Part shown: piece after piece, positions 37,217 to 47,935 of the stretch
Layout of the letters: each line of letters opens with the position of its first letter
How positions within the stretch are numbered: the stretch's first letter is position 1
Assembly: GCA_944372115.1 (NCBI GenBank)
Contig: CALVYH010000003.1
Location: forward strand, 28,172-92,171
Length of the DNA stretch: 64,000 nt
Direction: 5' to 3'
Origin: an uncultured Bacilli bacterium
GTDB lineage: Bacteria > Bacillota_I > Bacilli_A > RFN20 > CAG-826
Position numbers and translations under genes: made by a program
The notes under the pieces: model-generated
Database searches by the model: none
Seen by the model: the letters and a program-made list of their open reading frames with translations, nothing else
What the model was told of the DNA's origin: nothing

Positions 37217-39325
37217 TTAATCTTTTTTATCTTCAGTAGAATTAAGTCCTTCTTTTTCTTCTTCTTTATCGATAGTATCGATATTTTTTTCATCTTCTTT
37301 AACTAATTCTTCGCTCTTTTTTTCATCAAAGTGAGGTTTATCTTCTTCTTTTAAGGAAGAGTTTTCATAATTATCTTTAGCAGCTCCTTCTAAATGATCT
37401 TTATCACTTGGAAGAGAACGATGTTCTAAAAGATAAGTAATTTGTTCTTCGGTAATAGTTTCATTTTCAAGAAGTGTTTTAGCAATTAATTCCATATCAT
37501 CTTTTCTTTCAGTGATAATTTTAACTGCTAAAGCGTGAGAATCATCAACAATTTTTCTAACTTCTCTATCAATTTCATTTGCAACATCAGCGGAGAAATT
37601 CTTTTGAGTATTATAATAATCTCTCCCTAAGAAGACATTTCCGCTTGGTTTTTCATATTGAATAGGTCCTAATGAAGACATTCCATATTCAACAACCATG
37701 CTTCTAGCAATTTGAGTAGCTCTTTCAATGTCATTACTTGCACCTGTAGAAACATCATTAAAGAAAATTTCTTCAGCTACACGTCCGCCTAATAAACCGC
37801 AAATCTCTGCCTCTAATTCTTTTTTAGTTAATAAGAATCTATCTTCATCTGGTCCCATTAAAACATGTCCGCCAGTTCTTCCACGAGGAATAATAGTAAT
37901 TTTTCTAACTTTATCAGCATCTGGAAGAGTTAATCCTATAATTGCGTGGCCGCTTTCATGATAAGCGACTCTAAGTCTTTCTTTATCACTTAAACCTTTT
38001 GTACTTCTTGCAGGACCAGCAATTCTTCTATCAATTGCTTCATCAATATCAGAAAGAGTAATGAATTCTTTCTTTTCTCTAATAGCTAATATAGCAGCAT
38101 CATTTAATATTGAAGCAATATCAGCGCCAGAGAATCCAACAGTTCTTTTTGCTAAGAAAGAGAAATCAATTTTAGGATCTAACTTCTTATTTTTAGCATG
38201 AACTTTGAAGATTGCTTCTCTTCCAGCTCTATCAGGAAGGGAAACGGTAATTTGTCTATCAAATCTACCTGCTCTTAAAAGTGCAGGATCAAGAACATCG
38301 TCACGGTTAGTAGCAGCAATAACGATAATTCCACTATTTTCTTCGAAACCATCAAGCTCAACTAATAATTGGTTAAGAGTCTGTTCTCTTTCATCGTTTC
38401 CACCACCAAGTCCAGCACCTCTTTGTCTACCAACAGCATCGATTTCATCGATAAAAATAACACAAGGAGCATTTTGTTTTGCTGTTTTAAATAAATCTCT
38501 AACTCTACCAGCGCCAACACCAACAAACATTTCAACGAAGTCGGAACCTGAAATAGAATAGAATGGAACGCCAGCTTCACCAGCAACAGCTTTTGCTAAT
38601 AAAGTTTTACCAGTTCCTGGAGGACCAACAAGTAAAATACCTTTTGGTAATTTAGCACCATATTTTGTATATTTTTTAGGTTCTTTTAAATAATCAACAA
38701 CTTCAACCAATTCTGCTTTTTCACTATCACATCCAGCGACGTCATCAAATCTAACCTTTGAATCATCAACCTTTCTTGCTCTTGATTTATTAAAATCCAA
38801 AGCTTTTTGGTTTCCACCAGCTGAAGACATGAGTAAACGGAAGAAGAATATTGCAATTGCAATCATTACAACTGTTGAAATAATTGTTGGTAACCATGAA
38901 ATAAACCAATTTTCAGTATAAATTGATCCATAAATACCAGGATGAGCACCACATTCAATAATTTGTGAAGATAATGCTTCAGCAAATGTAACCATATTTG
39001 GTTTTCCGTCTGCATCAACTCCATATTCATATGGATAAACATTGAATGCATCTTTACTCATTGTAAATGTAAAGTATTCTTGATTGTTATATGGTTTATC
39101 AAGTTGAATATAAACTTGAACTTCTTCGCCACTTTCAACAGCTGCACCATATTGAACTTTATATTGATCTTCATCATTTAATACTAAACGAATACCTTGA
39201 TCAGTTGAAATACTTGCATATTGTTGATTGTTAACACCAATTAGGAAATAAATCATTAATCCTAAAAAAGCGAAAAGTATTATATATATAAGGATATTAA
39301 ACCAACTAAATCTTCTTTTCTCCAT
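37217..39325 (-). CDS. ftsH: ATP-dependent zinc metalloprotease FtsH
   Basis: Two TM segments, [26 protein letters not shown]. Confidence 0.98.
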   Translation of the reverse strand: MEKRRFSWFNILIYIILFAFLGLMIYFLIGVNNQQYASISTDQGIRLVLNDEDQYKVQYGAAVESGEEVQVYIQLDKPYNNQEYFTFTMSKDAFNVYPYEYGVDADGKPNMVTFAEALSSQIIECGAHPGIYGSIYTENWFISWLPTIISTVVMIAIAIFFFRLLMSSAGGNQKALDFNKSRARKVDDSKVRFDDVAGCDSEKAELVEVVDYLKEPKKYTKYGAKLPKGILLVGPPGTGKTLLAKAVAGEAGVPFYSISGSDFVEMFVGVGAGRVRDLFKTAKQNAPCVIFIDEIDAVGRQRGAGLGGGNDEREQTLNQLLVELDGFEENSGIIVIAATNRDDVLDPALLRAGRFDRQITVSLPDRAGREAIFKVHAKNKKLDPKIDFSFLAKRTVGFSGADIASILNDAAILAIREKKEFITLSDIDEAIDRRIAGPARSTKGLSDKERLRVAYHESGHAIIGLTLPDADKVRKITIIPRGRTGGHVLMGPDEDRFLLTKKELEAEICGLLGGRVAEEIFFNDVSTGASNDIERATQIARSMVVEYGMSSLGPIQYEKPSGNVFLGRDYYNTQKNFSADVANEIDREVRKIVDDSHALAVKIITERKDDMELIAKTLLENETITEEQITYLLEHRSLPSDKDHLEGAAKDNYENSSLKEEDKPHFDEKKSEELVKEDEKNIDTIDKEEEKEGLNSTEDKKD

Positions 39326-39387
39326 GTTTTCTCCTTTTTTACACGCCTAAATAATTTTAATATAAATTGATATTTTTTTATAGAGAA

Positions 39388-40635
39388 TTACTCTATTTTT
39401 ATTAAACTTTCAATATCAAAAACTAAAAATGATTTTTTTGTATATCTAACCTTTTCCATATAACGAGGAAGATAAATTAATTCACCATTCTTTGAATAAA
39501 CACCCGGCCAAATCTTTCGATATGAAGTAGGTAATTTCATATCTATAAATATTTTAGAAACTCTTTTTTTCTGCCCCTTATAAGAATAAAAATCGTCTCT
39601 CGATACCGGATGAATTATTATACTATCATAATTTGAAAATATTTCATTATATTTTGTATCTACTAAAAAGCGAAAGTATTTATTACCTTTTTTTGAAAGT
39701 TCGAAATAGTAATTTGATTCATAAATTTTATCTATTTTTAAATAACCGTATTCAATAAAAATATAATATAAAGTATTTCCAATTTTTTCTTTAATATTTT
39801 TATTTAAAAATAACTTTAAATAAATATCATTTATCTTGTCTTTACTGAAATTTTTTAAAAAAGGAAAATAAGAAAGATAATAGTAAAATAGATTAATAAA
39901 ATCATTTATATCCATTTTTTTACATTTTTTTACATTTAAGCGATTATTTTTAATCATTTTTTTAAAAATGTTATTTTCTTCTCTTTTCTTTTTGTTTTTA
40001 TATTTAATCTCTAATAAGATAGTTTTTATTTCTTCATCGCTTAAATTTTTAATATATTCATTTCTAATTTTATTGCGTTTATATTTATTATCAAAATTTG
40101 ATTTATCAATATTAAAAGGAATATTATTTTTTAAACAATAAATTTCTAAATCTTTTTTACGATAAGAAAGTAAAGGGCGAATATAAGGGATATCATCTTT
40201 ATAAATTAATGTTTTAAGTCCATAAAATGTTACGTAGGAATTTCTTTCTTTTTGCAATAAGTAAGTTTCAATTAAATCATCTAAATTATGAGCGATTAAA
40301 ACAGCTTCATAATTTTCTTTATGGTTTTTATTATCTAAATTATAAATTTCTTTAAAAAAATCGTAACGGACATTTCTTGCCCAAGATTCAACATTTTTAT
40401 CTTCTTTTTTATAATAAACTTCTTTTTTATATACTTTTATATTGTTTAATTTAGAAAATTTTAATAATTCTTTTTCTTCATAATTGCTTTCATCTCTTAA
40501 ATGATAATTAATGAATGCAATATCAAAAGAAATATTATTTTTTAACAATAATGAAACTAAAGCCATTGAATCTGGCCCAAAAGAACATCCAACTAAATAT
40601 TTTTTATTCGTCTTTATTATCTTCTTTAATTTCAT
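39388..40635 (-). CDS. tilS: tRNA(Ile)-lysidine synthase
   Basis: SFGPDSMAL PP-loop variant, NYHLR, ARNVRY, AHNLDDLIET, RPLL, DKSN, RNKIR; position before ftsH. Confidence 0.92.
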   Translation of the reverse strand: MKLKKIIKTNKKYLVGCSFGPDSMALVSLLLKNNISFDIAFINYHLRDESNYEEKELLKFSKLNNIKVYKKEVYYKKEDKNVESWARNVRYDFFKEIYNLDNKNHKENYEAVLIAHNLDDLIETYLLQKERNSYVTFYGLKTLIYKDDIPYIRPLLSYRKKDLEIYCLKNNIPFNIDKSNFDNKYKRNKIRNEYIKNLSDEEIKTILLEIKYKNKKKREENNIFKKMIKNNRLNVKKCKKMDINDFINLFYYYLSYFPFLKNFSKDKINDIYLKLFLNKNIKEKIGNTLYYIFIEYGYLKIDKIYESNYYFELSKKGNKYFRFLVDTKYNEIFSNYDSIIIHPVSRDDFYSYKGQKKRVSKIFIDMKLPTSYRKIWPGVYSKNGELIYLPRYMEKVRYTKKSFLVFDIESLIKIE

Positions 40636-40876
40636 CTTTAATTACTTCATACATTTTAAAAGCGTCTTCTTTTAAAATGTGGTCTTTTATAAATAATATT
40701 TTAACGATTAAATGATGTCTTCCTAAAGTTAAATCTAAAATATCTCCTTCTTTCACTTCGCTTGATGGTTTACAAGGGTGATTATTAAGTAAAAAGATGT
40801 CTCTAGAAACGAGTTCTTTAGCTACACTTCTTCTTTTTATTAGTCTACTTACTTTTAAAAATTTATCTAATCTCAT
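40604..40876 (-). CDS. yabO: S4-domain RNA-binding protein (YabO/RqcP)
   Basis: MRLDKFLKVSRLIKRRSVAKE...KPSSEVKEGD. Confidence 0.92.
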   Translation of the reverse strand: MRLDKFLKVSRLIKRRSVAKELVSRDIFLLNNHPCKPSSEVKEGDILDLTLGRHHLIVKILFIKDHILKEDAFKMYEVIKDEIKEDNKDE

Positions 40877-43800
40877 TTTTTAAAGCCTCTTCATGGATAA
40901 TTTTTAATACTTCTAATAATAACTTATCATAATCATTCTTTTTTGAAATAATTATTTCAATACATTTATTATGATAAGTTAATTTTAATCTATCTATATA
41001 ATTAATTAACTTCATAAATATTGTTGTACCTATCGCATTAATTGAGGAAAATTCATTTGATAATATTAAATTTATTGAATTTTGAGTATTTTTTAATTCA
41101 TTAAATTCTTTAAATGATAAATAAATATCAATTTCTCTTTGTTTCAAGATGTTATTAAAAGAAGGGGGGATTTCTCCACCAAAAATATCTTTAATATGTT
41201 TTGATAAATTTTTAAGTTTATCAAAAGTATCAGCTTCACTTATTTTTTGATAAAGCTCAATTTTTTCATTATCTGAAGCAAAAGAAGAAGGAATATAAGC
41301 ATTTTCAATAACTGTTGATGTTGTTTTTACTTCATTTTCTTTAATAATTTGACCATCTTTTTTCTCTTTTAAAGCTTCATTTAATAATTTTAAATATAGA
41401 TCAATTCCGACATCATCAATAAATCCGGCTTGTTCTCTACCTAAAATTTCTCCAGCTCCTCTAATAAGAAGATCTCTTTGAGCAATTTTAAAACCGCTTC
41501 CAAGTTCAGTAAAATCTTGTAATGCTTTAAGTCTTTTTCTAGCTTCATCATTTAACTTTTTATTTTTATCAATTAAAAGATAACAATAGGCCATTCTATC
41601 GCCTCTTCCTACTCTACCTTTTATTTGATAAAGTTGAGAAAGTCCAAATCTATCAGCGTCATCAACAATAATTAAATTTGCATTTCGAACATCAATTCCA
41701 TTTTCAATAATTGAAGTTGCCAATAATAAATCTATATCATTTAAATAAAAATCTGCCATTACAGTATTAACATCGTTTTTATCCATTTTTCCATGAACAA
41801 CTCCTACTCTAATTTCAGGGATCATTTTTTGTATTTTATTAGCAAGTTCATAGATATCTGAAATGTTGTTATGAACAAAATAAACTTGTCCACCTCTTGC
41901 GAGTTCTCTTTCAATAATTTCCTTTAAAACTTTTTCATCTTTTTGAATAACATAAAGTTGAATTGGAAGTCTTTCTTTAGGTGGGGTTTGAATAGTTGAA
42001 ACACTTTTTAACCCTACTAAGGAAGATTGTAAAGTTCTAGGGATTGGGGTAGCAGATAATGTTAAAACATCGATATTTTCTGTATTTAATTTAATTTTTT
42101 CTTTCTGTTCAACACCAAATCTTTGCTCTTCATCAATAATTAAAAGACCTAAATCTTTAAATTTTATCTTGTTAGATAAGGCTTTATGAGTTCCAATTAA
42201 AAAATTTATTTTTCCATTTTCTAAATCTTCTAAAATCAATTTTGTTTCTTTTGGAGTCTGATTTCTCGTTAAAAGTTTAATATTAACATCAAATTTTCTA
42301 AATCTATCAAGAGCAACTTCATGATGTTGCTTTGCTAAAAGTGTTGTTGGAGCTAAAAGTAAAACCTGTTTGTTACTTAAAATTGCTTTAAAAGCTGCAC
42401 AAAATGCAATTTCAGTTTTGCCAAAACCAACATCACCGCATAAAAGACGGTCCATTGGTTGTTCTTTTTCCATATCTTCTTTAATTTCTTTTAAAGATTT
42501 CTTTTGGTCATCAGTTAGTTCATGCTTAAATTCAGCTTCAAATTCAGCTTGAAGTTCATCATCGTTTTCAAATCTAATACCCTTTATTAATGCTCTATTT
42601 TTATATAAAACTAAAAGCTTATCAGCTAAATCATTAACCTTATCTTTGATTCTTTTCTTAGTTTTTTTCCACGTGTCACTATGTAAAGACGATAATTTTG
42701 GGATTCTTCCTTCTTGCCCAGCATATTTTCTAATTAAATTAAAAGAATATAAAGGAACAAATAATTCATCATTTCCTGCAAATTTAATTTCTAGATAATC
42801 TTCTTTCTTCCCTTGAAGTTCCATTTGGCTTAAGCCGATATATTGGCCTATCCCATAAGTTTCATGAACTACATAATCTCCTTGTTCTAACTCTTGATAA
42901 CTGCCTAAAATTTCCCCCTCTTTAAATTTAGAAGAGTAAGTTAAATTAGTATGTCTAGAATTAAAGAGTAATTTAGAAGTAACTAAAGCAAAACTATCAT
43001 TTTTATCTTCAATTGCAATATTAAAATCAGAAATAATTATATTAATTGATCCACTAAATTTATCTTCGATTTTATCCAAAATATTAAAATCTCTATGTAA
43101 AAACTCTAAATAATCGACTAATGATGAAAATTCCTCTTTATTTTTAACAACGAATAATATCTTATTAAATTCATTTAAATATAAATCGACTATTTTTTGA
43201 TATTCAATTCCTTTTTTTGCTTCAAAAATTGGAGCAGACAAAGGAACATCAATCATATTTTTATGCGTTAAATCAAAAGATGAAATATAAGAAATTTCTA
43301 TGGCACCTTCATTGCATAAACCTAAATTGTTATTAAAATATTCAAGATGAGTTAAACTTTTCCCACTGTCAAAAAGATCCATTAATAATTCATGAGATTC
43401 TAAATAAAGTTGTTTTTTTGATTCTAAAATATCATTTTCTTCTAAAATTATTTCAATATATTCATCTAAATAAGAAAGGATAGAATCATGACTACTTTTT
43501 AAAAATCCATAATATTTATATAAAGTTGGTTGATAATTATTATTAATTAAATTCTCTATATCTTCATTGATTTGAGCATTGAAAATATCTTTTAAATCAC
43601 TTCTAATTCTTTTCAAATCTTCTTCTTTTCTAAAATTCATCTTTTTTTCGATATTTCTTTTTTCTTCATCATTAAAAATTAAAGTAGTAGCAGGTAAAAT
43701 GTCGATTTTATCAATTGTTGAAATTGAGGATTGAGTTGCAATATCAAAAAAACGAATTGATTCAATAGTATCATCAAAAAATTCGATTCTTATCGGATTA

Positions 43801-44348
43801 TCATAATTCATTGTAAAAATATCTATGATATCTCCTCTTGATGCAAATTGAAGAGATTGATCAATTTTTGGAACTTTATAATAACCAAGTTCACTTAATT
43901 TTTTAATTAATTTATCAAAATCGTAACTTTCATTAACTTTTAAAGAAATTATTGAGTTCAAAAATTCTTCTTTTTTTGGATAAAATCTAAAAAATGAAGA
44001 AGGGGTAAAAATAAATATTTTATGATTAGAATTAACCATTTTATATAAAGCATAAATTTTATTAGCTAAAATATCTTTACTCTCAGAAATATATTCAACT
44101 CTTATCATTTCATTTTCTAAAAATAAAATAATATCGTCTTTATTAACTAAATTTGCAATTGAAGAATATAATTTATTAGCTTTATAAGTGGATGAACAAA
44201 TTAAAACAATGTTTTTATTATAATTTTCAAGATATTTTTTATAAATTAAAAAAGTTCCTCCAATTATTTCATCAACACCAAAAAAGGCCTCCTTAGCATT
44301 TTTGGAGGGGGTAAAATAATTGAGTAAATTTTTTAAATAATTAATCAA
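40863..44348 (-). CDS. mfd: transcription-repair coupling factor
   Basis: RGDIIDIF, GDYVVHETYGIG, MDRLLCGDVGFGKTE, DEEQRFGV, QIKGRVGR; 1161 aa. Confidence 0.97.
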   Translation of the reverse strand: MINYLKNLLNYFTPSKNAKEAFFGVDEIIGGTFLIYKKYLENYNKNIVLICSSTYKANKLYSSIANLVNKDDIILFLENEMIRVEYISESKDILANKIYALYKMVNSNHKIFIFTPSSFFRFYPKKEEFLNSIISLKVNESYDFDKLIKKLSELGYYKVPKIDQSLQFASRGDIIDIFTMNYDNPIRIEFFDDTIESIRFFDIATQSSISTIDKIDILPATTLIFNDEEKRNIEKKMNFRKEEDLKRIRSDLKDIFNAQINEDIENLINNNYQPTLYKYYGFLKSSHDSILSYLDEYIEIILEENDILESKKQLYLESHELLMDLFDSGKSLTHLEYFNNNLGLCNEGAIEISYISSFDLTHKNMIDVPLSAPIFEAKKGIEYQKIVDLYLNEFNKILFVVKNKEEFSSLVDYLEFLHRDFNILDKIEDKFSGSINIIISDFNIAIEDKNDSFALVTSKLLFNSRHTNLTYSSKFKEGEILGSYQELEQGDYVVHETYGIGQYIGLSQMELQGKKEDYLEIKFAGNDELFVPLYSFNLIRKYAGQEGRIPKLSSLHSDTWKKTKKRIKDKVNDLADKLLVLYKNRALIKGIRFENDDELQAEFEAEFKHELTDDQKKSLKEIKEDMEKEQPMDRLLCGDVGFGKTEIAFCAAFKAILSNKQVLLLAPTTLLAKQHHEVALDRFRKFDVNIKLLTRNQTPKETKLILEDLENGKINFLIGTHKALSNKIKFKDLGLLIIDEEQRFGVEQKEKIKLNTENIDVLTLSATPIPRTLQSSLVGLKSVSTIQTPPKERLPIQLYVIQKDEKVLKEIIERELARGGQVYFVHNNISDIYELANKIQKMIPEIRVGVVHGKMDKNDVNTVMADFYLNDIDLLLATSIIENGIDVRNANLIIVDDADRFGLSQLYQIKGRVGRGDRMAYCYLLIDKNKKLNDEARKRLKALQDFTELGSGFKIAQRDLLIRGAGEILGREQAGFIDDVGIDLYLKLLNEALKEKKDGQIIKENEVKTTSTVIENAYIPSSFASDNEKIELYQKISEADTFDKLKNLSKHIKDIFGGEIPPSFNNILKQREIDIYLSFKEFNELKNTQNSINLILSNEFSSINAIGTTIFMKLINYIDRLKLTYHNKCIEIIISKKNDYDKLLLEVLKIIHEEALKNEIR

Positions 44349-44365
44349 TTTCTATAATATCTCCT

Positions 44366-44920
44366 TTATTTATTATATAAACTCATTGCTTTATTAAAAC
44401 TTTCTTTTATAGCAATTTTTAAAGCCTCTACAGCATTATTTTGAGCTTCTTCGATTAATTCTTTTTCTTCTTTTGATGGTTTTGATAATACAAAATCAAT
44501 ATTATTGTAGGTTGGAGCACCTATCCCAACACGAATTCTTTTAAATTCTTGAGTTCCAATATTATTGATAATTGATTTTATTCCATTATGTCCGCCACTA
44601 CTTCCTTCAAATTTAAGTTTTAAATGACCAACTTTAATATCCATATCATCATAAACAATGATTAAATCATCTACATCGATATCAAAATAATCCATAATTT
44701 CTTTTATAGCAATGCCACTATTATTCATATAAGTTTGTGGTTTTAATAAAATAATGTCTTCTCCCATATATTTTGTTTTTAAATATAAAGAATGAAAACC
44801 AGATTTTGTAATATCTTCGCCTAAAGATTCAGCAAATTTGTCTACAACATCAAAACCCATGTTGTGACGAGTATGTTCATATTCTTTTCCAAAATTTCCT
44901 AATCCGACAATAAGTTTCAT
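44366..44920 (-). CDS. pth: peptidyl-tRNA hydrolase
   Basis: LIVGLGN, TRHNMG, KPQTYMNNSG, GGHNG. Confidence 0.97.
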   Translation of the reverse strand: MKLIVGLGNFGKEYEHTRHNMGFDVVDKFAESLGEDITKSGFHSLYLKTKYMGEDIILLKPQTYMNNSGIAIKEIMDYFDIDVDDLIIVYDDMDIKVGHLKLKFEGSSGGHNGIKSIINNIGTQEFKRIRVGIGAPTYNNIDFVLSKPSKEEKELIEEAQNNAVEALKIAIKESFNKAMSLYNK

Positions 44921-45096
44921 AACGTTAATATATTACATTTTTTTATTAAAAAATAAAGTTAAAAGAAAAATTATTATTTTTGCAAATAAATTAGTTTTCA
45001 CGTAAAAACACTATAAATAAAATCTTTTATGTAAAACGCCAAAAATTAATATTTTTTTCTTTGAAAAAATAACTACTAATTTTAGAATAAAATTAA

Positions 45097-45114
45097 ATTG
45101 ACTAAATGGTCAAT
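45097..45114. promoter_or_regulatory. putative TetR operator
   Basis: ATTGAC-TAAATG-GTCAAT inverted repeat 35 bp upstream of the tetR start. Confidence 0.6.
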
Positions 45115-45149
45115 GCCTATTATTATTTTAACTTACCTGGAGGAAAACT

Positions 45150-45740
45150 ATGCCAAGAACACCTGAAGCAAATCAATATGTTAAAGACAAAAGAAAAAAA
45201 GAAATACTTTTAACCGCTTTAAAACTTTTCTGCCTTCAAGGGTATGAAAATGTCACAATGGATCGCATTTCCAAAGAAGCAAAAGTATCTCACGGTCTTA
45301 TTTATCATTACTTCAATAAAAAGACCGATATTCTTTCTGAATTAATAAATGAAAGTCGTCAAAAATTTAATCAAATTTTTGATCTTGATCATATTAAAAC
45401 TTTAAAAGGTGCTGATTTTTTTCAAAATTTCACTGAATTTATTATTTCAGCTGTTAGTTTAGGTGGTGAATATTCTTACTACATAGCTCTATATTTGAAT
45501 TTTAAAATTTCGCCTACTCTTTATGAAGATTTTGGATCCACTTCTTATTTTAAAGAGTTAGAAAATAATTTTAAAATTGCTCAAAGCGAAGGCAAATATG
45601 AAAAAGGTAGCCCAAAAGAATACTTAATTTGTTACTTTTTCTTATTAAAATCAATAACTATGTCAGCAATTTATTCAAATAATAAAAACACGATTCCTTC
45701 ATCTGAAGTAGTATTAAATCTATTTAAAAGGAGTATCTAA
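45150..45740 (+). CDS. TetR/AcrR family transcriptional regulator
   Basis: ILLTALKLF..QGYENVTMDRISKEAKVSHGLIYHYFNKK HTH. Confidence 0.93.
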   Translation: MPRTPEANQYVKDKRKKEILLTALKLFCLQGYENVTMDRISKEAKVSHGLIYHYFNKKTDILSELINESRQKFNQIFDLDHIKTLKGADFFQNFTEFIISAVSLGGEYSYYIALYLNFKISPTLYEDFGSTSYFKELENNFKIAQSEGKYEKGSPKEYLICYFFLLKSITMSAIYSNNKNTIPSSEVVLNLFKRSI

Positions 45741-45742
45741 TA

Positions 45743-47935
45743 ATGGTTAAACTTTTTAAAATTGTTGGGAAAAGATGGTATTTCTTACTTCTTGCTGTAG
45801 TTGCCATTATATGTCAATGTTGGTTTCAATTAAATTTACCTGAATTTATGGGTAATATTCAAACTATTATTACATATAAACCAAATCTACCAGAGTTAAT
45901 TGGCGTTACTTTACCAATTCCAGTTACTTTAACTAACCCTTTAAGTAACCAAATTATTGAAATTACTCATTATCTTTCTCAAGATGAATTAATATCATTA
46001 ATTTTAGGACAAGGTGGCTGGATGATATTATGCTGTGTAATTATTTTATTTTGCGCATTTTGCCAATTTTATGGAGCTTCAACTGTCGGAGCTTACGTTG
46101 GTAAAGAATTAAGAAGAGAAATTTATGCAAAAGTAAACACCCTTTCTTTAGCAGAATATAATAAATTTGGAACAGCAACTTTAATTACAAGAACAACCAA
46201 TGATATTGAACAAATTAAAAACTATGTAATTATGTTTATTAGAATGATTGTTATGTCTCCTACCTATATGATAATTGCATTAATTAAAACATTATCATTA
46301 CAAGACCCAGGACCAAAATTATCAATTGTTCTTGCAATTACAATCCCAATTATTCTTGCAATAATGATAATTATTTTCGTTTTTGCAATGCCTTTATTCA
46401 AACAAATGCAATCGCGTATTGATGATGTTACAGTTGTTTTAAGAGAAAATTTAACTGGTATAAGAGTAATAAGAGCTTATAATCAACAAGAAACTGAAAC
46501 AGAAAAATTCGATAAAGTTAATACAAATTTAAAAAATATTATTGTTAAATCTGGCAGAATCATGTCTGTTGCAAATCCATTTATTCAAATTATTTTTAAT
46601 TTCGCATTTATCTGTATTTACGCTTTTGGCTTCTTTTTATTAACTGAAATTCAAGGCACAAATATTAATGATTTTACTTTAGCTATTAGCACACAAGTTT
46701 CAATTATTGCCGTTGTTGCTCAATACTCAATGCAAATTATGAATTCTTTCTTAATGCTTGCAATGATTATTGCTATGATTCCTCAAGCTGCCGCTTCATA
46801 TAAGAGGGTTTATGAAGTAATTAATACAAAAACTTCAATTAATGATAAAGAGGCTAGAGAATACGCTGTTGAACAATATGAACTTCATCTTCAACGTTTA
46901 GAATTTAGATTTAAAGAAAAATATAAAGAAACACATGATGGAAATGTATTTTCTTATTCTTTATTAAAAGATAAATATGAAAAAATGAGTGAAGAAGAAA
47001 AAGAGAAAGATCCTCAATATAAAAACTTCGTTGAATATACAAACATTAGAAAAGATAGAGAAAACATTATCAGTTCATTAAAAGATGAGACTTCTGAAGA
47101 ATATATTAATATTATTAATAGAGATTTCCATAAATTAGAACAACACGGTGTTATTGAATTTAAAAATGTTACTTTCCAATATCCTGATGCAAACACACCA
47201 ACAGTTATGAATATTTCTTTTAAAACAAAACCTGGCTCAACTACTGCAATTATTGGTTCAACAGGAAGTGGAAAATCAACTTTAATTAATTTAATTCCTC
47301 GTTTCTATGATGCTACTTCTGGTCAAATTTTATTTGATGGAATTGATATTAAAAAAATACCTCAAAAAATATTAAGAGATCATGTTGGTTTTGTTCCCCA
47401 AAGTGCAGTTCTTTTTACTGGAACAATAAAAGAAAATATTTGTTATGGAAAAAAAGATGCAACTGATGAGGAAGTAAAAGAAGCATTAAGCGTTGCTCAA
47501 GCATCAAACTTTGTTTCAAAACTTCCAGATCAATTAGATACATTTGTCTCTCAAGGTGGTAAAAACTTCTCTGGAGGGCAAAAACAAAGATTAGCTATTG
47601 CAAGATGTTTAGTTAGAAAGCCAGAAATTTATGTTTTTGATGATTCTTTTTCAGCTTTAGACTTTAAAACCGATGCTCAACTTAGAGCTGCTTTAAAAAA
47701 TTATACTAAAAACGCTTCCATTATAGTAGTTGCTCAAAGAGTTTCATCAATTCTAGATGCAGACAATATTATTGTTTTAAATGAAGGCAAATGTGTTGGT
47801 CAAGGTAGTCACACCGAATTATTAAGAACTTGTCCAGTTTATCAAGATATAGTTAGATCTCAACTTGATCCTGAAGAAGTTGAAAAAACTATTAAATTAA
47901 ATAAGCAAGCCGCAATGGAAGGAGGTAATAACTAA
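45743..47935 (+). CDS. heterodimeric multidrug ABC exporter subunit (degenerate-site half)
   Basis: TMD + NBD; GSTGSGKS, FSGGQKQR, degenerate Walker B FDD and AQR switch. Confidence 0.92.
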   Translation: MVKLFKIVGKRWYFLLLAVVAIICQCWFQLNLPEFMGNIQTIITYKPNLPELIGVTLPIPVTLTNPLSNQIIEITHYLSQDELISLILGQGGWMILCCVIILFCAFCQFYGASTVGAYVGKELRREIYAKVNTLSLAEYNKFGTATLITRTTNDIEQIKNYVIMFIRMIVMSPTYMIIALIKTLSLQDPGPKLSIVLAITIPIILAIMIIIFVFAMPLFKQMQSRIDDVTVVLRENLTGIRVIRAYNQQETETEKFDKVNTNLKNIIVKSGRIMSVANPFIQIIFNFAFICIYAFGFFLLTEIQGTNINDFTLAISTQVSIIAVVAQYSMQIMNSFLMLAMIIAMIPQAAASYKRVYEVINTKTSINDKEAREYAVEQYELHLQRLEFRFKEKYKETHDGNVFSYSLLKDKYEKMSEEEKEKDPQYKNFVEYTNIRKDRENIISSLKDETSEEYINIINRDFHKLEQHGVIEFKNVTFQYPDANTPTVMNISFKTKPGSTTAIIGSTGSGKSTLINLIPRFYDATSGQILFDGIDIKKIPQKILRDHVGFVPQSAVLFTGTIKENICYGKKDATDEEVKEALSVAQASNFVSKLPDQLDTFVSQGGKNFSGGQKQRLAIARCLVRKPEIYVFDDSFSALDFKTDAQLRAALKNYTKNASIIVVAQRVSSILDADNIIVLNEGKCVGQGSHTELLRTCPVYQDIVRSQLDPEEVEKTIKLNKQAAMEGGNN

